A stretch of DNA of 63,253 nucleotides, filler included. It is 5 parts of 5 records of this genome, joined end to end, with 100 filler letters (N's around TTAATTAATTAA, not from the genome) between each part and the next. Parts side by side here need not be neighbours in the genome. Positions count along the whole stretch, not along the records: positions 15,332 to 33,669 come from SRR2962707_4586; positions 33,770 to 40,210 come from SRR2962707_4587; 3 more parts are not named here. One strand, given 5' to 3'. The notes beneath the pieces are model-generated. The model saw nothing but the letters and a program-made list of their open reading frames with translations, ran no database searches and had not been told where the DNA came from. This document shows, one piece after another, positions 27,455 through 35,800 of this stretch; position 1 is the first letter of the stretch, and each line of letters starts with the position of its first letter. Made by a program: the position numbers and the translations under genes.

Positions 27455-28033
27455 ATGAAAAAATCACAGTATTTAATGCTTGTCGGTGCTATTATGCTCG
27501 GTGGCTTGTTCCTATGGCCCATGTGGAATATCACTCTGGAAGCTCCACAATATCCCGTTCCAATTGGAATGGACATTCACATCAATCGATTCGAAGATGC
27601 CAATCCGAATGATATCAAGAATATCAACATAATGAACCATTATGTTGGGATGAAGGAAATTCCGGAAAGCATTCCTGAGTTCGAATTATTCCCTTATGTG
27701 GCAATAGGAATGATGCTTTTGGGTGTTGTCTTGGCATTTGTTGGGAAACCCAACCTTTACTTGGTTTGGTTTATCCTGATGCTGATCCTTGGAAGTATTG
27801 CCATGTATGATTTTTACCTCTGGGAGTATAATTATGGACATGATTTGAAGGAAAATGCTGCCATCAAATTCACAGATGACAAGGGTCAGCCAATGGCTTA
27901 TCAACCTCCGTTGATTGGTAGTAAAATGATATTGAATTTCAAGGCGATCTCAATGCCGAGGCTCGGTGCATATGCCATGTTTCTAGGAATGGGTCTGTCA
28001 CTCTTCGCTTTTTTCAAATCCAAAAAGGAGTAG
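27455..28033 (+). CDS. nosB: NosB-like membrane protein of clade II nos clusters
   Basis: LEAPQYP, INIMNHYVGMK, WEYNYGHDL, YQPPLIG; four hydrophobic segments; directly after nosZ. Confidence 0.8.
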   Translation: MKKSQYLMLVGAIMLGGLFLWPMWNITLEAPQYPVPIGMDIHINRFEDANPNDIKNINIMNHYVGMKEIPESIPEFELFPYVAIGMMLLGVVLAFVGKPNLYLVWFILMLILGSIAMYDFYLWEYNYGHDLKENAAIKFTDDKGQPMAYQPPLIGSKMILNFKAISMPRLGAYAMFLGMGLSLFAFFKSKKE

Positions 28034-28035
28034 AA

Positions 28036-28458
28036 ATGAACTACCGCAAATTACTGATAATCAGCCTAATTGTATTGGCTTGTGGAACTTCACCACAGCC
28101 CATCAATTATGGAAGTGATGCTTGTTCCTTTTGCCAGATGACCATAGTTGATCGTCAGCATGCAGCAGAGGTAGTGACTGTAAAAGGTAAAACCTACAAA
28201 TACGATGCAATTGAATGCATGATGCATGATTTGAGAAAGTGGGAAAGACCTGATGTCGCACACTATCTGGTGAATGATTACTCCAGACCCGGAGAGCTTA
28301 TCAATGCAACTGAAGCCCGATTCCTAATCAGTGATGATATACCAAGTCCAATGGGAGAGTTTCTAACAGCATTTGCTACAGAGCAGGATATAAATGCGCT
28401 AAAAGAAGTAACTGGAGAAACATTTGGGTGGGAGATGCTGAGACGAAAATTCGAATAG
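28036..28458 (+). CDS. nosL: Copper chaperone lipoprotein NosL
   Basis: Lipobox VLA-C; CSFCQMTI, YDAIECM, PSPMG. Confidence 0.9.
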   Translation: MNYRKLLIISLIVLACGTSPQPINYGSDACSFCQMTIVDRQHAAEVVTVKGKTYKYDAIECMMHDLRKWERPDVAHYLVNDYSRPGELINATEARFLISDDIPSPMGEFLTAFATEQDINALKEVTGETFGWEMLRRKFE

Positions 28459-28490
28459 ATTAAATATGTAAATTCTGTAAAAGCTTTTGC

Positions 28491-29714
28491 ATGCGTCGAG
28501 TAACCATTTTCATACTGATCATTCACAGTCTGGTGGGGTATTCCTCATCAGTCACCGTCTGCAATATCTGTGAAGCAAAGACTATTTCAGATGCTGTGGC
28601 AATGAGTTCTGACACCATTTTGATAAAGTCTGGAACCTATTCGTGCGCTAACTTATCACTGACTAATCCAGTGGTGATTATAGGAGAACCGGGAGTGGTA
28701 TTGGATGGAAATGATGAAGGTTACGTATTGAAATTACTCACAGACAGCATCAGCATTTCTGATCTAAAGATCATTCGATCCGGCCGTAGTTACACCAAGG
28801 ATTTTGCAGCTATTTATGCATTCAGAGCAGATTACTTAAGCATTTCAAATGTGATCATTGAAAATCCGTTTTTTGGAATACTGCTAGAAAAGTCCAAGTA
28901 TGGGACAGTGAGAAACGCTCTTGTATTTGGAGACGCACGAAAAGAAGACGATGCAGGAAATGGCATTCATTTGTGGCATTGTTCGGAGATAAGGATAGAG
29001 AAGAATGAGGTGCACGGAATGAGGGATGGAATCTACCTCGAGTTTGTGGATCAAAGCACGATTATCGGTAACCATACCCATGAAAATATCCGTTACGGTC
29101 TCCATTTCATGTTTTCCAACCACGATGAGTATCTGCAAAATACCTTTGAACGAAATGGAGCTGGTGTGGCAGTAATGTTTTCTAAGTTCATTGAGATGCG
29201 CGACAATCGTTTCATCAATAACTGGGGTGCAGCTTCCTATGGTCTGCTTTTGAAGGAGATATATGATGCTGAGGTGGTGAACAATGAATTTATTGAAAAT
29301 ACTACTGCGGTATTCATAGATGGAACCAATCGTATCAACTATCAGGGAAATCTCTTTAAGCAAAATGGATGGGCTATTAAGGTGTCGGGAGGATGCTATG
29401 CCAACAAGATCACTCGAAACAATTTTATCAGCAACTCCTTCGATGTTTCCTACAACTCACGAATGAACGACAATACCTTCGATGGCAACTACTGGGGAGA
29501 CTACTCTGGCTATGATCTGGATAGAGACGGCACAGGGGATGTGCCCTACAGGCCGGTGAAACTATTTTCTTATGTGGTTAATAGAACACCGGAAACCATC
29601 ATCTTAATGAGAAGTTTGTTTGTCGATATTATCAATTTTTCCGAACGAGTTTCACCTGTGTTTACACCAGACAATTTAATCGATAGGGAACCTTCAATGC
29701 AACCGTTTCAATGA
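28491..29714 (+). CDS. nosD: Nitrous oxide reductase maturation protein NosD
   Basis: GNGIHLW, RDGIYLEF, RYGLHFMFS, GNYWGDYSGYDLDRDGTGDVPYRP. Confidence 0.95.
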   Translation: MRRVTIFILIIHSLVGYSSSVTVCNICEAKTISDAVAMSSDTILIKSGTYSCANLSLTNPVVIIGEPGVVLDGNDEGYVLKLLTDSISISDLKIIRSGRSYTKDFAAIYAFRADYLSISNVIIENPFFGILLEKSKYGTVRNALVFGDARKEDDAGNGIHLWHCSEIRIEKNEVHGMRDGIYLEFVDQSTIIGNHTHENIRYGLHFMFSNHDEYLQNTFERNGAGVAVMFSKFIEMRDNRFINNWGAASYGLLLKEIYDAEVVNNEFIENTTAVFIDGTNRINYQGNLFKQNGWAIKVSGGCYANKITRNNFISNSFDVSYNSRMNDNTFDGNYWGDYSGYDLDRDGTGDVPYRPVKLFSYVVNRTPETIILMRSLFVDIINFSERVSPVFTPDNLIDREPSMQPFQ

Positions 29715-30409
29715 TTGAGCTAAAGAACATACACAAGCAATTTGGAAAGCTCAAGGTGTTGGATGGAATCTCTTTTTCGCTAGAATCAGGGGGAGTCTAT
29801 GCTGTTTTGGGACACAATGGGTCTGGTAAGACGACCCTGCTGAAATCTATACTAGGGATGGTCATACCAGATAGTGGACAGATTCTCATTGATGGGAAAT
29901 CGGTCATTGGTCATCATCAATATCGGGAGTCGATCGCATATCTCCCGCAAATTGCGCGCTTTCCGGATAACCTCATGGTGAAAGAGCTTATTGGGATGAT
30001 AAGAGACATACGAAACAAGTCAGGACGTGAGCAGGAGCTAATTCATCGCTTCGGACTAACTAAATTCATGGATAAGAAATTGGGTGAATTATCCGGTGGC
30101 ACCAGGCAGAAGGTCAATATCGTGATCGCTTTTATGTTTGATGCACACATATGTATCCTTGACGAACCCACAGCTGGTCTGGATCCGGTGGCTCTGATCG
30201 AACTGAAGCGTCTGATTGATGAGGAAAAGAAGAAGGGAAAGCTTATTCTGATTACCACGCACATTTTATCGCTGGTGGAAGAATTGGCTGGTGAAGTGAT
30301 ATTTCTAATGGATGGTAAAATTCATTTTCAAGGAACAATGGCATCACTTAGAGAGCAAACTGAGGAAAAGGATTTGGAACACGCCATTGCATCAATGTTA
30401 GTGAAATGA
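29711..30409 (+). CDS. nosF: ABC ATPase NosF
   Basis: Walker A GHNGSGKT, signature LSGGTRQK, ILDEPT; ATGA overlap with nosD. Confidence 0.9.
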   Translation: MIELKNIHKQFGKLKVLDGISFSLESGGVYAVLGHNGSGKTTLLKSILGMVIPDSGQILIDGKSVIGHHQYRESIAYLPQIARFPDNLMVKELIGMIRDIRNKSGREQELIHRFGLTKFMDKKLGELSGGTRQKVNIVIAFMFDAHICILDEPTAGLDPVALIELKRLIDEEKKKGKLILITTHILSLVEELAGEVIFLMDGKIHFQGTMASLREQTEEKDLEHAIASMLVK

Positions 30410-31188
30410 TCAAAATATTGAAATACAGTTTTTATGACCTGATAAGGAGCCGCTGGAGCTACGTTTACCTGGCGTTCTATTTGGTATTGGGTCTCGTACT
30501 CTTATTCCTGAACAAAGATCTGTCCAAAGCCACCATTACCTTGATGAATATCATCGTAGTACTCACACCTATGATTGGCACAATTTTCGGAATCATGTAT
30601 TTCTACAACTCGCGGGAATTTACGGAGCTATTGCTGGCACAACCCATCCGACGATCCAGTATCTTCCTGGGCCAATATCTGGGTATCTCTGTTTCACTTT
30701 CCCTCAGCCTGATAATTGGCTTGGGAATACCATTTCTGATCTATGGCATTTGGAATTCTGATGCTGGAATGAATTTTTTAATCCTCCTTTTGTCCGGAAC
30801 ATTTCTCACATTCATTTTCACCTCTATCTCACTCCTTATTGGATTATCAAATAGCAACAAAATCAAGGGATTTGGCTATGCGATACTACAATGGCTGTTT
30901 TTTGCGGTCATCTATGACGGACTAATGATGATTTTGCTGATAGTATTTGATGACTATCCTATCGACCAATTTGCATTAGGAGCATCACTTTTCAATCCGA
31001 TTGACCTTTCTCGAATCATGATACTACTCAAATTGGAGATTTCTGCACTCATGGGGTATACAGGTGCACTGTTTCAGAAATTTTTTGGGACTGGTTTCGG
31101 AATGTTACTTTCCATAGGTGTACTGCTCCTGTGGATTATATTACCTATGGGTTGGATGATCAGGAAGGCTTCAAAAAAGGATTTTTGA
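30406..31188 (+). CDS. nosY: ABC permease NosY
   Basis: Multi-TM; ELLLAQPIRR, NPIDLSR, ALMGYTGA; follows nosF. Confidence 0.9.
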   Translation: MIKILKYSFYDLIRSRWSYVYLAFYLVLGLVLLFLNKDLSKATITLMNIIVVLTPMIGTIFGIMYFYNSREFTELLLAQPIRRSSIFLGQYLGISVSLSLSLIIGLGIPFLIYGIWNSDAGMNFLILLLSGTFLTFIFTSISLLIGLSNSNKIKGFGYAILQWLFFAVIYDGLMMILLIVFDDYPIDQFALGASLFNPIDLSRIMILLKLEISALMGYTGALFQKFFGTGFGMLLSIGVLLLWIILPMGWMIRKASKKDF

Positions 31189-31208
31189 TTGATAAATGAT
31201 TTGTAATC

Positions 31209-31541
31209 ATGAATGACTTGATTCGTCCTCGAAATATATACACACTAAAAAAAATGATACAGTATGCTGAGGGGGCAGTAGTAAGCAAAACGCTATCAAA
31301 AGGGAAAGGAGGAAATACGACGCTTTTCTCCTTTGATAAAGGACAGGGATTGAGTGAACATACAGCCCCCTTTGATGCAATAGCCGTGATTATTGAAGGC
31401 AATTGTGAAATCATCATAGATGGTGAAGGTTTTCAGCTTGGAGAAGGACAAATGATCATAATGCCAGCCAACATATCCCATGCCCTAAATGCGATTGAAG
31501 CCTTTAAAATGCTATTGATCATGATCAAACACCCAAAGTAG
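31209..31541 (+). CDS. Cupin domain protein
   Basis: TLFSFDKGQGLSEHTAPFDA...IMPANISHAL..FKMLL. Confidence 0.88.
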   Translation: MNDLIRPRNIYTLKKMIQYAEGAVVSKTLSKGKGGNTTLFSFDKGQGLSEHTAPFDAIAVIIEGNCEIIIDGEGFQLGEGQMIIMPANISHALNAIEAFKMLLIMIKHPK

Positions 31542-31561
31542 AGACATTAAAAATCATGTTG

Positions 31562-31575
31562 ATGACGAAAATCAA
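31562..31575 (+). promoter_or_regulatory. CRP/FNR-like box upstream of usp
   Basis: ATGAC-GAAA-ATCAA; -7-like TAGCTTAG at 31620-31627 again starts 58 nt after the box start. Confidence 0.65.
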
Positions 31576-31697
31576 ATTCAAACCCATCATTCATCATCGG
31601 TAAACAAGGACCCGGGTTATAGCTTAGTACTAGTTATTAAACGTCGAGGCAATGAAATCGCAGATTCCATGCCACCTATCTTAAAAAACAAAGAGGC

Positions 31698-32603
31698 ATG
31701 AAAATTTTAGTTCCAACCGATTTCTCTGAAGTGAGCGAAAATGCCGTTCACTTTGCCATAGATCTGGCGAAGAAGCTGGATGGGGAAATCACTTTATTCA
31801 ACAGCATTCATTTTGATTACTTCCAGGATTACCAGTACGGATACATTCCTGCCGTTCAAACCATGGCCGACGAAGTAAAAGAAGCCGTGGAAAAACGCAT
31901 GGATGAATTTACTGCGAAGTTTGAAACAACTGTAAAAATTGAGAAGCGCATCAATCCGACTCCCATGATCACAGCCATCAAAGACCTGGTAAATGAGGAA
32001 GGCTATGATTTGGTAGTCTTGGGAACCCATGGATCTTCCGGATTGGAAGAACTGTTTGTGGGTTCTAACACCGAACGCATCGTACGACATACGCCATGTC
32101 CGGTCATTTCTGTGCCTAACAAAGCTCGTTTTGATGATGTGAAAAAGATCATGGTCCCCATTGATCTCAGAGAGATCAGGGCATCCTTCCTGGAACAGAT
32201 TGCCAGGTTGCAGAAGTTATTCAAATGTGATTTGGAATTCATTTGGGTGAAAACCCCTCACAATATTGAAAACGAGGAAAAGGTCGGTAAAGAGCTTGCT
32301 TCTATGCTCGAATCTTTCGGAATCAACAACTATCAGTTCTACATAGTGAAAAATATCTTCCCTACCGATGGCATCTTTCTGGAAGCCCATGAAAGCAATG
32401 CCGATATGGTAGCCATGGCGACTCACGCCAGAAGAGGTATTTCTCACTGGTTGTCTGGTAGTATGACGGAAGATACCGTCAATCACATCGATATTCCTGT
32501 ATGGTCTTTCCGCATCGATAAGGCAGAAAAAGCGCTTAAACTGGATGCCGTTTCCAAAGCCAAAGGCAAACCGGAGTATAAGAAACTCGACGTGGTTTTG
32601 TGA
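31698..32603 (+). CDS. Tandem universal stress protein (UspA-type)
   Basis: KILVPTDFS, DLVVLGTHG.SG....VGSNTERIVR..PCPVISV; second domain DMVAMATHARRG...GS..E..VNH..IPV. Confidence 0.93.
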   Translation: MKILVPTDFSEVSENAVHFAIDLAKKLDGEITLFNSIHFDYFQDYQYGYIPAVQTMADEVKEAVEKRMDEFTAKFETTVKIEKRINPTPMITAIKDLVNEEGYDLVVLGTHGSSGLEELFVGSNTERIVRHTPCPVISVPNKARFDDVKKIMVPIDLREIRASFLEQIARLQKLFKCDLEFIWVKTPHNIENEEKVGKELASMLESFGINNYQFYIVKNIFPTDGIFLEAHESNADMVAMATHARRGISHWLSGSMTEDTVNHIDIPVWSFRIDKAEKALKLDAVSKAKGKPEYKKLDVVL

Positions 32604-32625
32604 CATTTTTCTGTCACTTACCTGC

Positions 32626-32655
32626 TAAGGAGCCCGAGTGGGCTCCTTATTTTTT
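32626..32655 (+). terminator. Rho-independent terminator after usp
   Basis: TAAGGAGCCC-GAGT-GGGCTCCTTA followed by a T-run; overlaps the stop of the convergent GH92. Confidence 0.8.
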
Positions 32656-33669
32656 GTCCGACATGTAGTAAATCAGCTCACCACCTTTAATCATTTCACT
32701 GTGCTTGATGGTATTCCCAATTAATTCTTCCTCATTCAATAACACCTTGTCTACATAGACATTTTCTTTAGATTGATTTTCTGCTACGATGGTGAGTGTC
32801 TTTCCATTCGAAAGCTTTAATGAAGCAGATTTTACCAGAGGGCTTCCAAGTGCATATTCATCTGAACCTGGTGTAACCGGATAGAAACCCATGGCTGAGA
32901 AAAGATACCAGGCACTCATCTGGCCGGCATCATCATTGCCACAAAGTCCATCTTCTGCGTGACTGTACATCGCATCCATGATCATCCGAACACGTTCCTG
33001 AGTTTTCCATGGATCATTTGTCCAGTTGTATAGATAAGGAATGTGATGGCCCGGCTCATTGCCATGCACGTAGTTGCCTATGATGCCATCACGGGTAATG
33101 TCCTCGTTCTTCTCGATGTATTTGTCTTCAATTTCCGTATTGAATATCATATCAAGGTGCTCGGAGAAACGATCCTTGCCTCCCATCATTTCAATCATTT
33201 TATCAATTTGGTGCGGAACATAAAGTCCATAGTTGAGCGCATTGCCTTCAATGAATCCCTGCCCGTGTGTGTCAAAAGGATCAAATGTTGGTCGCCAGTT
33301 GCCATCCGCTAATTTTGGACGCATATAGCCAATCTGCGGATCATACAGATTTTTGAAGGCTTCAGCCCTACTTAAGTATTCTGACTTTTTACTTTCATCA
33401 CCGGCAATTGCAGCTATTTGTGCAATACTCCAGTCGTCGTAAGCATATTCCAGCGTTTTGGATACAGAGTTGGAACTTTGATCTTCCGCCACATAACCCA
33501 AATCAACATAGCTTCCTACGCCATCATAGTACCTAACATTGGAAGTATTTACACATGCTTCCAAAGCTCTTTTCGGATCAACATCAGTAGTGCCCTTTAC
33601 CATCGCGTCTGCAATGACAGATACCGAGTGATAGCCTACCATGCACCAGTTTTCATTGGCATAATGACT
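32647..33669 (-). CDS. GH92 alpha-1,2-mannosidase, 5' truncated
   Basis: ENWCMVGYHS, SVSKTLEYAYDDW, FIEGN, YVHGNEPGHH, GNDDAGQMSAWY; frame open to contig edge. Confidence 0.95.
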   Translation of the reverse strand, partial: SHYANENWCMVGYHSVSVIADAMVKGTTDVDPKRALEACVNTSNVRYYDGVGSYVDLGYVAEDQSSNSVSKTLEYAYDDWSIAQIAAIAGDESKKSEYLSRAEAFKNLYDPQIGYMRPKLADGNWRPTFDPFDTHGQGFIEGNALNYGLYVPHQIDKMIEMMGGKDRFSEHLDMIFNTEIEDKYIEKNEDITRDGIIGNYVHGNEPGHHIPYLYNWTNDPWKTQERVRMIMDAMYSHAEDGLCGNDDAGQMSAWYLFSAMGFYPVTPGSDEYALGSPLVKSASLKLSNGKTLTIVAENQSKENVYVDKVLLNEEELIGNTIKHSEMIKGGELIYYMSDKK

Positions 33670-33769
33670 NNNNNNNNNNNNNNNNNNNNNNNNNNNNNNN
33701 NNNNNNNNNNNNNTTAATTAATTAANNNNNNNNNNNNNNNNNNNNNNNNNNNNNNNNNNNNNNNNNNNN
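33670..33769. other. Artificial contig spacer
   Basis: 44 N + TTAATTAATTAA + 44 N. Confidence 0.98.
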
Positions 33770-33794
33770 GAAGAAGAAGGAGAAGAAGAAGAAG
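33770..33794 (+). repeat. (GAA)n-rich tract at start of contig C
   Basis: gaagaagaaggagaagaagaagaag just upstream of ATG 33803. Confidence 0.75.
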
Positions 33795-33802
33795 CAGAAA
33801 AA

Positions 33803-35545
33803 ATGAACAATCTAAACAGCATCATGGACACTGCTACCGCGGCGGGCGCTGAATTAGACCGTTTGACGGCGGCTTTTGCCATTGGCTACAACCTGGGCCT
33901 TCGAGTCAAAGACTGCTGGAACGCCGAGTGCGTGCTTGTTGTGTTGTCGTTTCATTCGTTTGTCATGTTTTCATCATTCTATCATTCGCGCCTGCTCTGT
34001 TGCTCTCTGTTTATCGTTCTTGTGGTTGGTTGGTTGGTTGGTTGTTCTTGTGGTCGTCGTTGTTGTTGAGGGCGCTTTGACTTGTGAGACTGGGTCCTTG
34101 CCTTGTTTGTACAGTACTCATGCTCTGCGTGGCTGCGTACTTTATAATGAACACGCTTCGGCACTTTGTGACCATCTTTGTCTGTGCTGTTGCAATGGAT
34201 GTCGCAATGTATGTTGCCATGCAGGTATTCCGCCCTGTCGATTGACTTTGAATTTGGTATGTTAGTCGATGTTGTTAATGTTGTGGACGGGGCCACCACC
34301 GACGTGGACGATTCGAACCGTGACGAGGGTGGCGAGGGTGGTGGCAGTGCTGCCAATCTGAACCTCGAGGAACGGTATTCAAGGGTGGCAGAAAGCATCC
34401 GCGATGCGGTCACAAGCTGCAAGGAGCATTCGGGCATCGTGTTCTGCGGCTGGTCCGCTCCGAGTGGCGGACAAAACGTGTATTTGAAGCTTGTGTTTGC
34501 CAATGCAGACGCGCTGGTCCAATTTTCTAAAGTGTTGAAACAGCTCTTTCTGGAGTTTCGAGGAAGTTTCGTGTCTAGGATCTCGGCATCCGAGTCGTCG
34601 AAGGAGGTTCAGCACAAAGGAGCAAACGCTGACTTGTTGAAGCTCCGAAAAGTGGCGCTACAAACTGTTGAGGCCCAAAGGTCACGATTAGTGGAGGCAT
34701 GCAAAGCTTTTGGTCCCACTGTGGTAGGTGCATCACATGTCGTTTTCCGTGAAACCTGAAGCTTTTTTTTCATGATCACCATGTCAACATTTGGCGTGTC
34801 GAATGTCCTGGCTTGACGAGTTTTTGGGAACCATGGTTGCAGGCTAGTGTTCTTTGCGGGTTCCAGAACTACAGTTGCAAATTTCGAACTGCGCCAAGGC
34901 GCTTGGAATGCGTTGTGATTAAGTATGTCTGCAGGGTTGGTTGTACCTGTCGTTCCAAACTTTCCTTGTTCAATCAGTGGCCGGTTTTCCCACAATCATT
35001 TCAAGGTCGTTTTCTCTGAACACAGGTGTGTGTTTGTCCCCAACGACTTCATGTTCGACCAAGCAAAAGAAATTGCCGCCACGACGCTTGAGAGCCTGAA
35101 AAAGCACACCTCGTGCTACAGTGCCTGTTGGTCAATCGACGGTTGCGAACTGCATCGCGAGGAGGTGGGTTGAGTGTGCCGCTGTGCGGGGTAATGCATT
35201 AGGCGGTGGAAGGGTAGCCTAGGTGCCAATTTTGAACTGAAGTATCTGTCGCAAATTGTCGAAGTTACCGCTTGACTACTGGACAAAATTGTTGGCGTTT
35301 TGTTGTCGGTACTGCGGAAAACAACATTCTCCAAGGTATTCGTGAACTGTGCTGCTGCAGAGCAGTTCTACCACAAGAATGCGCGCCGAGCAATGATGCT
35401 TTTGCAAGAATCTGTGATGAAATTGGAGGTTGTGGAGGTATATTGTAGTCTCCACGATGGGGAACGCATTCGGAAACTATTCGACCCCATGCACGTCAAT
35501 GTCCGAGACTATGCTGCGGGCTTCCAGACTTTTCCTGTGTTCTAG
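33803..35545 (+). CDS. Eukaryotic hypothetical protein (~350 aa, 5 exons) with two ABM-like/dimeric alpha-beta barrel-like repeats
   Basis: Exons 33803-33927, 34225-34723, 34843-34922, 35026-35164, 35336-35545, with phase-consistent GT-AG introns (donors GTGCGT, GTAGGT, GTATGT, GTGGGT). Internal repeat: KEHSGIVFCGWS..VFANADAL...GFQNY vs KKHTSCYSACWS..VFVNCAAA...GFQTF. The exon 1-2 junction is least certain. Confidence 0.55.
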
Positions 35546-35800
35546 TAATAATTTTCAACGAAACAACAAAATAAAAGCTTGCTTCCGCTGTGCCAAAGAA
35601 GTGAGGCCTTAGCTGGACTCGTGAGGTCGATAGAATTCTCGGTCACTGTCCTGATGAGTGACAGCACCCGAGCTGTCGATGTAGCCAACCGCTTGCCGAG
35701 CGAGGAGTCGCCTGCAAATTGCCACATGCCAGAATCACTTATTGCCAAACCATGCTTAACGGCACAACTCATCACAGGGAACGATGGGCAAGGTCACCAC

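Noticed and set aside
31196-31210. ATGAT-TTGTA-ATCAT palindrome before the cupin gene as a fourth FNR-like box
   Set aside because: The spacer is 5 nt rather than 4, it overlaps the start codon, and there is no -7 element at the 58-nt offset.
15207-33794. Direct join of contig A end and contig C start through their (GAA)n tracts
   Set aside because: It would put two divergent ATGs only tens of nt apart, and GAA tracts are common breakpoints; unsupported without reads.
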